From positions 95,134 to 159,133 of the forward strand of contig CAVYNC010000004.1 of the NCBI GenBank assembly GCA_963769775.1: a DNA stretch of 64,000 nt. The letters run 5' to 3'. The translations under genes and the position numbers were made by a program. The notes under the pieces are model-generated. The model made no database searches and was not told where the DNA came from. It worked only from the letters and a program-made list of their open reading frames with translations. This document shows positions 1-9,734 of the stretch, piece by piece. This DNA is from an uncultured Acidimicrobiaceae bacterium (lineage in GTDB: Bacteria; Actinomycetota; Acidimicrobiia; Acidimicrobiales; RAAP-2). Positions within the stretch are counted from its first letter, which is position 1, and the number at the start of each line of letters is the position of its first letter.

Positions 1-178
1 GGTCACTCCTTTTGAGGGAACGCAGCCGACACTACTGCCAGAGAGTGCCCAGGTCGCGGTATTGGTACCGCGTGGGCGATGTCACCGTGCGATGCCGTGC
101 GCCGGACCGCATCGGACATAGGATCTCGTGACCCCGGGGGGAGAGGACGGCACACGGCAATGACGGTGCGGCAATAGC

Positions 179-283
179 GTGTACTACGTCGGGACGATCC
201 TCTTCGCTGCGATGGCCATCGTGCTGGTGTTCGCGTACGTGAAGAAGCGTCGGATGCGCAACGACTGGCCCGACGATGAGTGA
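179..283 (+). CDS. possible 34-aa single-TM micropeptide overlapping the ClC start (speculative)
   Basis: GTG-started ORF MYYVGTILFAAMAIVLVFAYVKKRRMRNDWPDDE: a hydrophobic helix followed by a KKRR anchor. Its TGA at 281-283 overlaps the ClC ATG at 276 by 8 nt. No clear RBS. Confidence 0.2.
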   Translation: MYYVGTILFAAMAIVLVFAYVKKRRMRNDWPDDE

Positions 284-1697
284 CCCGGGTGCAAGTGACC
301 CGGGTGCGCCGGCAACCCCCGCCGAGACCCCCGACCCGATGGCCCTCCTGCGCTCGGCGGGCTACGTCAAGCTCCTGGTGCTCGCCGCCCTGCTCGGCGT
401 ACCGGTGTCGGCCGTGGCCTACGGGTTCCTCAAGCTGGTGGGGCTCCTCCAGCACTGGTGCTTCACCTCGATCCCGGACCAGATGGGCTTCAACGGCCCC
501 CCGGTGTGGTGGCCATTCCCACTGCTCGCCGTGGCCGGAGTGCTGGTGAGCCTCACCATCACCTATCTCCCGGGAACGGCGGGACACCAGCCGGCCGAGG
601 GATTCAAGGCCGGTGGGGGCGCGCCCACCGCCGCAGAGCTCCCAGGTGTCTTCCTCGCTGCGCTGGCCACCCTCGCCCTCGGCGTCGTCCTCGGCCCGGA
701 GGCCCCGCTCATCGCCATCGGCGGCGGGCTCGGCGTGCTTGCCGTGCGACTGGCCGCCCGTGACGCGCCGCCGATGGTGGGGACCGTCATGGCGGCTGCC
801 GGGGAGCTTCGCGGCGATCAGCACCCTGCTCGGGTCTCCGATCATCGGCGCGTTCCTGCTCATGGAGGCTTCCGGGCTCGGCGGCCCGGTGCTCGGCCTC
901 GTGCTCGTGCCCGGCCTCCTGGCGGCCGGCATCGGCACCCTCGTCTTCGTGGGGCTCGACAATCTGACCGGATGGGGCACCTTCTCCCTCGCCATCCCCG
1001 GGATCCCCCACTTCTCCCACCCGACGGTCGCCCTGCTCCTCTGGGGGGTCGCCATCGGTGCGGTCGCCCCGCTCCTCGGGACCGGCGTCCGCCTGCTCAG
1101 CCTCGCCCTCCAGTCGGTGGTCGACCGGCAGCGGCTCGTGCTCACCCCGGCCGCGGGCCTCGTCGTGGCCGGCCTCGCCGTGGCGTTCGCCGAGATCACC
1201 GGGAAGAGCAGTTCGGAGGTCCTCTTCTCCGGCCAGAGCGCCCTGCCCGGCCTGGTGCTCAACGCCTCGACATGGACGGTCGGGGCCCTCGTCCTCCTCG
1301 TCCTCGCCAAGTCCCTCGCCTACGGGGTCTCCCTGTCCTCCTTCCGCGGCGGACCGATCTTCCCGTCCATGTTCATCGGCGCGGCACTGGGGATCGCCGC
1401 CTCCCACCTACCGGGAATGGCGGTGGTTCCCGGGGCGGCGATGGGGCTCGGGGCGATGACCACGGTGATGCTCCGCCTGCCGCTGACCGCGACCCTGCTG
1501 GCCACCCTGCTGTTCGCCGGTGACGGGCTGTCCCTCGCGCCGCTGATCATCGTGGCCGTGGTCGTGGCCTACGTCGTGACGGCGTGGCTGCCCCAGACGC
1601 CGGCCGACCTGCGTGGCGGCCGCACAGGCGCGCGTCGGCTGCAACGACGACCGGGCCGGGGTCTCCACCGGCCACCCCGCCGGCCCCCGCCCGGTGA
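276..1697 (+). pseudogene. ClC-family chloride channel / H+-Cl- antiporter, frame broken as assembled
   Basis: The N-terminus lies in ORF 276..1523 (LGPEAPLIAIGGG). The rest lies in the frame of ORF 613..2991 (GSPIIGAFLLMEASG, RGGPIFPSMFIGAALG; ClC filter-like motifs). The frames join at G-run 801-804. The 3' end is unresolved: the frame-0 TGA at 1695-1697 would need a second shift. Confidence 0.75.
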
Positions 1698-2893
1698 CCC
1701 CCTACCTCGCAGCCGGAGCCTCGCCGAACGCCGGCTCGGTCGCCGTCCACGTCGGCGCGGTGGTGCTCGGCACGGCGGTCACCCTCTCCGTCCTGATCTC
1801 CGCGCTCGAGACGGTGGTGCTGCCGCGGGCGGGTTTCACCCGAATCGCCCGGGTCACCTTCGCCGTCGCCGACCGGATCCTCGTCCACAAGTGGGGCAAG
1901 CCGGACCGCCGGGACAACCTCCGGGCCCTCTACGCCCCGATCGCGCTGGTCAGCCTGCCGCTGGTTTGGATGCTCTCGGTGATCATCGGGTTCTCGTTCG
2001 TCTTCTGGGGCATCGGCTCGGGGACGGCGCAGCGCTCGTTCGAGATCAGCGGGTCCTCGGTCACCACGCTCGGGTTCGCCGCCCCGACGGGGAACTTGCG
2101 CTTCTCGGTTACCTTCGTCGAGGCCATCATCGGTCTCGGCCTGGTCGCCCTGTTGATCAGCTACCTGCCCACCATCTACGCGGCGCACCACGAACGCGAG
2201 AAGGGCATCTCCACGCTGCGTCCCTTCGCCGGTACGCCGCCCGCCCCGACCGACATGCTCGCCAACATGACCCGCCTCAACATCATCGACAACACCGATC
2301 TCTGGCGGACGGCGGCGGCGTGGATGCTCGAGCTCGACCAGACCCACTCCGCGTTCCCCGCCCTCTGCTACTTCCCCGAGACCACATCCCAGCAGTCGTG
2401 GGTCGCGTCGGTGGGCACGCTGCTGGACTCGGCCGCGCTCCTGCTGTCGGAGATCCAGTTCCGCGCGCTGGACAACCCGGCCGAGGTGGCCAAGGGCCCC
2501 ATGCTCGCCCTCGCCTACGGGATGCCCACCATCGTGCGGATCGGGCGGGCCGCCGGGTTGCCGATCGAACCGCCGGGCATCCTGGCCGACCTCCTCGCGC
2601 TGGTATCCGAGCCGGCGCCGGCGATCTCGGTCGGAAGGGAGGAGTTCCTGGCCGCGCTCGACCGGTTGCAGCCGCTCGACTCGATCCCCGACGACGCCCG
2701 GGAGTCCTGCTGGCGGCAGTTCGCCCGGATCCGCTCCTCCTACGACCGGGCCCTGCGCGGCCTGGCCGGGCTCACCCTCGCGCAACCGGCACCGTGGACC
2801 ACCGACCGGCCGGCCGCGGTCGGACGGCCCCGGCTGCTCACCTCGCGTCCGCTCGTGGTCGACTGGACCCTGCCGGCAGGGCCCGCCCGGTAG
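1613..2893 (+). CDS. hypothetical membrane protein with a K+-channel-like two-TM pore module (degenerate filter) and a ~250-aa C-terminal domain
   Basis: ORF 1613..2893 shows TM - pore-helix-like [16 protein letters not shown] - TM ([18 protein letters not shown]), then a soluble domain with no family I recognise. The start codon is uncertain. Confidence 0.5.
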   Translation: MAAAQARVGCNDDRAGVSTGHPAGPRPVTPYLAAGASPNAGSVAVHVGAVVLGTAVTLSVLISALETVVLPRAGFTRIARVTFAVADRILVHKWGKPDRRDNLRALYAPIALVSLPLVWMLSVIIGFSFVFWGIGSGTAQRSFEISGSSVTTLGFAAPTGNLRFSVTFVEAIIGLGLVALLISYLPTIYAAHHEREKGISTLRPFAGTPPAPTDMLANMTRLNIIDNTDLWRTAAAWMLELDQTHSAFPALCYFPETTSQQSWVASVGTLLDSAALLLSEIQFRALDNPAEVAKGPMLALAYGMPTIVRIGRAAGLPIEPPGILADLLALVSEPAPAISVGREEFLAALDRLQPLDSIPDDARESCWRQFARIRSSYDRALRGLAGLTLAQPAPWTTDRPAAVGRPRLLTSRPLVVDWTLPAGPAR

Positions 2894-2904
2894 ATCCCGG
2901 CGGC

Positions 2905-4306
2905 TCAGAGGTGGCTGAAGCCGCCCGACTCCTCCTTGGTCATGGCCACCGAGATCGGGTGGGTGGTCGAAGTGCTCGATCGACTCCTTGATGTCGTTGA
3001 GCAACAGGGAGGCGAGGTCCCGGCTCACCCCCTGGCGCACCAGGACGCGCTGGACCGAGATGTCGGACACCGATCCGGTCAACGGGTAGGCGGGCACCTG
3101 CCATCCCTTGACCCGAAGGCGGTCGGCGACGTCGTAGAGGGTGTACCCGGGGTCCTCGCCCTCCCGGATCCGCCAGGCCACCGACGGGATCCCGGTCAGG
3201 GGGTTCCCGTCGCAGAGCAGCTCGAACGGCCCCAGCTTGACGATCTCCTCGGAGAGGTACTGGCACGTCTCGTAACAGCACTCGTGGACAGCCTGGTAGC
3301 CCTTCCGGCCGAGCCGGACGAAGTTGTAGTACTGGGCCACGATCTGCCCGGCCGGGCGCGAGAAGTTGATCTGGAAGACGGGCATGTCGCCGCCCAGGTA
3401 GGTCACGTGGAAGATGAGGTCGTCGGGGAGCTCGGCGGCGTCCCGCCACAGCACCCACCCGACACCGAGCGGGGCGAGGCCGAACTTGTGGCCCGAGGTC
3501 GAGATCGACTTGACCCTCGGGATGCGGAAGTCCCACTCGATGTCCGGGGCGCAGAACGGGGCGAGGAAGGCCCCCGATGCGCCGTCCACGTGGATGTCGA
3601 CGTCGAGCCCGGTCTCCGCCTGGAGGGTGTCCAGCGCCTCGGCGAGCTCGCGGACCGGCTCGTACGAGCCGGTGTAGGTCACCCCGAATGTCGGGACCAC
3701 CATGATCGTGTTCTCGTCGACCCTCGCCAACATCTCCTCGACACCCATCGCGTACGAGCCCTCGGACATCGGGATCTCCCGCATCTCGATGTCCCAGTAC
3801 TTGGCGAACTTGTGCCAGACCACCTGGACCGGTCCGCAGACCATGTTCGGCCGGTCGGTCGACTTGCCCTCGGCGCGCCGCTTCTCGCGCCAGCGCCACT
3901 TGGCCGCCATCCCGCCGAGCATGCAGGCCTCCGATGAGCCGATGGCCGAGCAGCCCACCGCCCCGCCCTCCTCTGGCGCGTTCCACAGCTCGGCCAGCAT
4001 CTGGACGCACCGCCGTTCGATCTCGGCGGTCTGGGGGTACTCGTCCTTGTCGATCATGTTCTTGTTGATCGACAGATCCATCAATCGGTGGACCTCGTCC
4101 TCCTCCCAGGTCTGGCAGAAGGTGGCCAGGTTCTGACGGGCGTTGCCGTCGAGGAGGAGCTCGTCCGAGATGGCCTGGAAGGCGTCCTCCTTACGCATCT
4201 CCTCGATCGGGAAGAGGTGGGACGGCAGGGTGGTCAGCAGGTCGTGGCCGGCGTAGACCGAGTCGAGCAGGTCGTCCCTGATCGAGTGGTGCTGGTGCAG
4301 GGGCAT
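2905..4306 (-). pseudogene. gadB: glutamate decarboxylase (PLP-dependent), one frameshift near the 3' end as assembled
   Basis: N-terminal 450 aa of ORF 1547..4306 are GAD-like, including the PLP-lysine context [18 protein letters not shown]. The frame slips at GGGTGGGTGG 2957-2966. The corrected tail [18 protein letters not shown] stops at TGA 2905-2907. Confidence 0.9.
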
Positions 4307-4643
4307 GCGGGTGTCTCTCTTTCGTTTCTGGTGGGTGTGGCGGCTCTGGTCGATGAGGCGGGCTCAAGACGTCGCTGGTCACTGGATCATTCTCACACCC
4401 CGCCGAACCGTTTGCTGCGGGGTGGTGCGAGGGCCGCCCGAAGCGTGCGCTTGGAGTCTGGGCGGCGCATCTGACCATCTCCGTCAGGCACCTCTCGGTC
4501 AGCGTCAGCTTCGGCGATTGACCAACGACGTGGTCTTCTCCGGTTGGAACGGAGATCCATCCATGTCGTCCAAGGGAGTCCGGCGTGCGGTCGAAACGAG
4601 AGTCGGATCTTGATCTGGGCCGGTCCCTTGATCCCCGGGGGCG

Positions 4644-5923
4644 TCAGGCGGCATCAAGGCCTCCGTCGCCGAGACTGCCGAAGGCACGCCTCGCCGTGGG
4701 CACGTCGACTTCGCGCAGGAGTGAGTGATCAGGCGGCTTGGCCTTGGTGTGCGATGTATACCGACCGATCAGCAGAGGTGCGCTCAGACCGTGGACGACC
4801 ACGCTGAGGGCAACGGTCATGGAGACTGTGGCCAGGAGCGTTGACGCCTCATGGCCAAGTTGATCGAACGCCAACAGAGCGAAGATCACTGAAGCCAAGC
4901 CCCGGGGGCCGAACCAACCGATGAAGGCCACCGTGGTGGCGCCGAGGTGGGTGCCCAGAAGGGCGAGGGCCACTGGGACCATTCGCACAATGGTGAGGCT
5001 GAGGACCGCATAGGCCAAACTCCGCCCGAGCTCGGGGCTCGAGAGGGCCGGGCGGAGCATTGCAGCGCCGAACACGAACCAGACCAGGTACGAGAGCAGC
5101 TGGCCGGTTGCGTCGGTTTGGCCCAGCGATTCCGGACCCACTCGATCTCGGAACACGCCGAAGCACATCCCGGCCAGAAATGCAGCCACGAAGCCGTTTG
5201 CCTCGACCGCCACGGCCAGAGCATAGATACCGACAGCCGAAGCAGTCGTGGCCAAGGCTGCGGCTCGCTCTTCGGTCCACCCATGGCTGACCGCGGTGGC
5301 CAGGATCCATCCAAGGATGAGCCCCCCGGCTATACCAATGAGGGCACCCAGACCGATCTCACGGATGGCGTGCAAGACCGAGCTCGATGCGTGGATCTCT
5401 TCACCGGCCAGTACGGCGATGGCGAGTGACACCAGCGGAGCCACGATGCCGTCGTTCAACCCACTCTCGACGTTTTCGACTCGGCGTACCCGGCTCGGCA
5501 CGGCTCGGTCAGTGACGATTCCCTGTCCGAGTCCGGCATCGGTGGGGGCCAGACAGGCCGCTATGAGCACGGCCATCCAGCTGCCCAACGATCCGAACAA
5601 CACGTGAGACGGAGCGCGCCCAGAAGGACGGTCAGCGGTAGCCCGATCCCCAGGAGCCTGAGCGGCAGTCCGACATCTTGCCTGAGGGAATGGATTCGAA
5701 CCCTCGCTGCATCGCCGAACAGCACCAGGACCAGAGTGATCTCAGCACCGACTCTGACGGTGGAGGCTGAAAGATTGACGTGAAGGGCCCGATCACCGGC
5801 AACGAGGAGACCCACTGCGGAGAAGAGCATGGGGGCGGTGACGCCGAAACGATCGACCCGGGCTGAGATCAGCGTCCACACCAACACCAACGCGGCGATG
5901 ACCGCCACATCTCCCCAACTCAC
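4644..5923 (-). pseudogene. cation:proton (Na+/H+) antiporter, CPA1/NhaP-like, one frameshift as assembled
   Basis: ORF 5561..5923 (N-terminal TMs) and ORF 4644..5603 (remaining TMs; ESGLNDG, FGPRGLASV) are contiguous. They join near 5603-5612. Confidence 0.8.
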
Positions 5924-6196
5924 CTGATCGCGCTCGGATCTGAAGATTTTGACGCTGGCGGATCGATTGGGCCCTGGATCGAATTCGATCTGCAGGTCAT
6001 CTGGCAGGCTGGCACAGCTTCTTCACACCTCCTCGACGTGCTCGAACTCGATCCCGCTCCGGCCCCGGGTTCGAGGGCCACAGGCGGCCCTCCCACTGAT
6101 CCCGAGCCTTCTGCCCGCGGAGCCGCCGACGTGAGCCACATGCCGTTTCGTCCGGGGCACTCGAGCCCGGCTGGGCAGGCCTCCCTGCCGACCGAC

Positions 6197-6463
6197 TCAG
6201 CCGGCGCGGTCCTTTTTGCGCCGTTGGCCGAGGTAGATGACCAACCGGTCGACGAGGGCGCCGAGGACGGCGACGATCAGGAGCACCCAGATGAGGCTGA
6301 CCTCGGCACTGAAGAAGACGAAGCCCACCTTCACGGTGTTGGAGTTGTCGATCACGAAGGCGACCAGCAGAACGAGGGCGACCCCACTCACGACGAGGCG
6401 GGCGACGTCCCTCGGGTTCCGCTTCCTGGCAGGAGTCGCCTCGCTTCCCGAGGATCTGGCCAT
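6197..6463 (-). CDS. small membrane protein, LapA-domain/DUF1049-like
   Basis: The C-terminal 88 aa of ORF 6197..7432 start at ATG 6463: MARSSGSE...RLVVSGVALVLLVAFVIDNSNTVKVGFVFFSAEVSLIWVLLIVAVLGALVDRLV. Two TM helices. Confidence 0.5.
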   Translation of the reverse strand: MARSSGSEATPARKRNPRDVARLVVSGVALVLLVAFVIDNSNTVKVGFVFFSAEVSLIWVLLIVAVLGALVDRLVIYLGQRRKKDRAG

Positions 6464-6546
6464 GGGTCCCTCCTGGTCCGGATGCGGTTCCATCGACAGT
6501 ACCCGTGGCGCCTCCCGGGCGCCGGGATACGGGGGCGGGACCGCGG

Positions 6547-8169
6547 TCAGCCGATGAGCAGGGTGGCCTGGTGGGCGAAGTCGAGGATCGGAGCGGGATA
6601 GATGCCGAACACCACACTGAAGGCCACGCAGGTCCCGATCACCACCGCGGTCAGGGCCGGCACCGCGACCGGGCCCCGGGAGAGCACCGCCGCGGTCGGC
6701 GGAGCGTCGGTGAGGACCGCGAGACTGGCGATGCCGTCGGCCGGGACCGGGGCGGCCGGGAGATCGGGCGGCGCGGCGCCGACGGCGTCTGCGAGGTCGC
6801 CCTCCATGCCGACCGGCGAGAACATGGTGACCGCGAGGCGGAGGTAGAAGAAGGCGGCGACCGCGGCGGACGCCATGGCGATGGCGGCCAGGGCGTAGCC
6901 CCCGGTGGCCACCGAGGCCTCCACGACGACGAGCTTGGCCAGGAACCCGGTGGTGAACGGGATCCCTGCCTGGCCGAGCAGGAGCACCGCGAAGGCCAGC
7001 GCCAACAGGGGCTGGTGTCGGGCCAGTCCCCGGTAGTCGCTGATCTGGTTCCCGACGTCTCCGTTCCTGGCCATCACCGTGATCACCGCGAACGACCCGA
7101 TGACCAGGAAGGTGTAGGTCAGGATGTAGTAGAGGGAGGCCGAGACGCCGCGGGCGGTGGCCGCCTCGACGCCGAGCAGGATGAACCCGACGTGGTTGAT
7201 CGACGAATAGGCCATCATCCGCTTGACGTCCCGCTGGGTGAGGGCGACCACCGCGCCGAGCACGAGGCTGAGCACGGCCAGGGCCCACACGATGGGCTGC
7301 CAATCGGCCCGGACCGTGCCGAACGAGGAGACGAAGACCCGGAGCAGTGCGGCGAACGCCCCCGCCTTCGCCACCGCGGCCATGAAGCCGGTCACCGGTG
7401 AGGGTGACCCCTCGTACACGTCGGGCGACCACATGTGGAAGGGCACCGCGGCGATCTTGAAACCGAAGCCGATGAGCAGCAGGGCCAGACCGCCGAGCAG
7501 GACCCCGTTCGAGGCCAGCACGTTCCGGGACAGGAAGTCGGCGATCTGGGGGAGGTTGGAGCTCCCGGTCGCTCCGTAGGTGAGGGCGATGCCGTAGACG
7601 AAGATGGCAGACGAGAAGGCCCCCAGCACGAAGTACTTGAGGGCGGCCTCACCGGACTCGGCACGCCGGTGGTTGGTCGCGGCGAGCACGTAGAGGGCGA
7701 TCGAGAGGATCTCGAGGCCGAGGAAGATCACGATGAGGTCGTTGGCCGCCCCCATCATCATCGCCCCGGATGCCGACACCATGGCGAGCGCGGGAACTTC
7801 GGGCCCCTCGATTCCCTCGCGGGCAAGGTAGCCGTCGGCGACCAGGGCGGTCAGCAGCATGGCGATCGAGACCACGATCTGGATGAACACGTCGAAGCCG
7901 TCGAACGCGATGGCCCCCGCGATGGTCACCGAGGGACCGTGGGTCATCACGTGGTCCCACTGGAAGAGCGCCGCCACCAGGGCCGCCACCGAGACCGCGG
8001 CGGTCAGCAGCGTGCTGGTCCTCACCGGGAGGACCCTCCGGAACAACGACGAGACGACCATCAGGAGTACGGCCCCGCCGAACATGATGATGAGCGGCAG
8101 GATGCTCAGGTAGTCGATGTGGGGGACGTGGATGGTGGGCGCCGCGGAGGCGAGGACCGGGTGCATCAC
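6547..8169 (-). CDS. nuoN: NADH-quinone oxidoreductase subunit N
   Basis: Intact 540-aa polytopic ORF and last gene of the nuo series. Its start overlaps the nuoM stop. Confidence 0.95.
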   Translation of the reverse strand: MMHPVLASAAPTIHVPHIDYLSILPLIIMFGGAVLLMVVSSLFRRVLPVRTSTLLTAAVSVAALVAALFQWDHVMTHGPSVTIAGAIAFDGFDVFIQIVVSIAMLLTALVADGYLAREGIEGPEVPALAMVSASGAMMMGAANDLIVIFLGLEILSIALYVLAATNHRRAESGEAALKYFVLGAFSSAIFVYGIALTYGATGSSNLPQIADFLSRNVLASNGVLLGGLALLLIGFGFKIAAVPFHMWSPDVYEGSPSPVTGFMAAVAKAGAFAALLRVFVSSFGTVRADWQPIVWALAVLSLVLGAVVALTQRDVKRMMAYSSINHVGFILLGVEAATARGVSASLYYILTYTFLVIGSFAVITVMARNGDVGNQISDYRGLARHQPLLALAFAVLLLGQAGIPFTTGFLAKLVVVEASVATGGYALAAIAMASAAVAAFFYLRLAVTMFSPVGMEGDLADAVGAAPPDLPAAPVPADGIASLAVLTDAPPTAAVLSRGPVAVPALTAVVIGTCVAFSVVFGIYPAPILDFAHQATLLIG

Positions 8170-9734
8170 GGGTTCACTCCCGCCGCGGGGTGACCTGCCG
8201 GCGCAGGCAGTGGCTCGGCGGCCAGGCCGGCGGGCAGCTTGGTGTGTGTCACCTGGTCCACGTGGATCACCAGCTGGTTGACCGACGGGGTGATCCGGTC
8301 GAGCACCGGCTTGGGGAAGACCCCGAGCAGCACGATGAGCACGATGAGCGGGGCGACGATGAGCCGCTCGTTCCAGGAGAGGTCACGCGTGCCGGTGTCC
8401 GCGGCGGTGGGCTGCCCCTGGAAGACCTGCTGGTAGGCCCAGAGCAGGTAGACCGCGGCGACGATGACCCCACCGGTGGCCGCCACCGCCCACCAGCGAT
8501 GGGCCACGAAGGTGCCGATGAGGATGAGGAGCTCACCGACGAACCCGTTGAGACCGGGTACGCCGATCGAGGCCAGCATGGCCAGCGTGAACGCGCCGGC
8601 CAGGAACGGCGCCGGGGACTGCAGCCCCCGGAGCGAGCCGATCTGCCAGGTCTTGCGCCGCTCGTAGATCCACCCGACGAGGATGAACAGGGTGGCGATG
8701 ACCAGCCCGTGGTTGACCATCTGCAGCACGCCGCCGCTCAGACCCTCGCTGTTGAGGGCGAACGTGCCGAGGGCGATGAACCCGATCTGGGCGAGCGACG
8801 AGTAGGCCAGCAGCCGTTTGAGATCCCGTTGTGCGCAGGCCACCAGTGCGCCGTAGACGATGCCGAAGACCGCCAGGGTCAACAGGACCGGGGCGAGAGT
8901 CCGGCTGGCCTGTGGGAAGAGGTTGAGGTCGAAACGGACGATCCCGTAGGTGCCGAGCTTGGCGAGCACCGCCACCAGCAGGATCGAGGCAGCCGTGGGC
9001 GCCTCGGCGTAGGCGTCCGGTGACCAGGTGTGGAACGGGAAGAGCGGTGCCTTGACCGCGAACGCCGCGGTGAACGCACAGAAGAGCAGGACGCCCTGGG
9101 TCCCCGAGAGGTGGGTGTGCATGAGCGCCGGCAGCTCGAAGGTGAGCACCCCGGTCTGGGACTGGTGGATGAACGCGACCGCGACGATCCCCACCAGCAG
9201 GAAGGCGGAGCCGGCGAAGGTGTAGACGAAGAACTTGATGGCCGCGTACCCGCGCCGGGCGTATCCCCAACCGCCGATGAGGAAGTAGGAGGGCACCAGC
9301 GTCAGCTCGAAGAAGAGGAAGAAGAGGACCAGGTCGAGCGAGACGAAGCTGCCCATGCAAGCGGCCTCGAGCAACAGCAGCCAGCCGACGAACGAGCGCG
9401 GGTCGCGGTGGGCCCGGGCACCGAGCATGCTCAACGGGAAGAGCACAGCGGTGAGCAACACCAGGAAGAGCGAGATGCCGTCGACCCCGAGGGACCAGTG
9501 GATCCCGAGGTCCTTGGCCCAGATGTGGTCGCTGACCATCTGGTAGCCGCCGTCTCCGGTGCGGAACCGGACGGTGATCGCGACAGCCACGGCCAGGGTG
9601 AGGACGGTCACCGCGATGCCGAGCGCCTCGTGGAACCAGGTGGCCACCGCCCTGGTCGGCACCAGCGCGACCGCCAGCGAGCCCACTGCCGGCACCAGTA
9701 CCAGCACGGTCAGGAAGGGGAAGGAGCCGCCCAT
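8166..9734 (-). CDS. nuoM: NADH-quinone oxidoreductase subunit M
   Basis: C-terminal 522 aa of the artefactual 1644-aa ORF, starting MGGSFPFLTVLVLVPAVG. ATG 9734 overlaps the nuoL stop (ATGA). Confidence 0.95.
   Translation of the reverse strand: MGGSFPFLTVLVLVPAVGSLAVALVPTRAVATWFHEALGIAVTVLTLAVAVAITVRFRTGDGGYQMVSDHIWAKDLGIHWSLGVDGISLFLVLLTAVLFPLSMLGARAHRDPRSFVGWLLLLEAACMGSFVSLDLVLFFLFFELTLVPSYFLIGGWGYARRGYAAIKFFVYTFAGSAFLLVGIVAVAFIHQSQTGVLTFELPALMHTHLSGTQGVLLFCAFTAAFAVKAPLFPFHTWSPDAYAEAPTAASILLVAVLAKLGTYGIVRFDLNLFPQASRTLAPVLLTLAVFGIVYGALVACAQRDLKRLLAYSSLAQIGFIALGTFALNSEGLSGGVLQMVNHGLVIATLFILVGWIYERRKTWQIGSLRGLQSPAPFLAGAFTLAMLASIGVPGLNGFVGELLILIGTFVAHRWWAVAATGGVIVAAVYLLWAYQQVFQGQPTAADTGTRDLSWNERLIVAPLIVLIVLLGVFPKPVLDRITPSVNQLVIHVDQVTHTKLPAGLAAEPLPAPAGHPAAGVNP

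Noticed and set aside
1-275. Possible fluoride (crcB-motif) riboswitch upstream of the ClC gene.
   Set aside because: A GGGCGATG segment is present, but I could not find the conserved downstream elements of the motif as I remember them (the GATGA..CCTAC-type 3' part). The ClC also shows canonical chloride-type filter motifs rather than CLC-F features. An Infernal scan would settle it.
3-1310. Long antisense or alternative-frame ORFs rich in Arg/Pro/Gly (e.g. 3..1310, 10010..12094, 15044..16936, 18120..19700, 26374..28011, 33817..35754).
   Set aside because: They lie opposite or out of frame to strongly conserved genes and have the low-complexity composition typical of stop-poor frames in ~70% GC DNA. 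No family motifs were seen.
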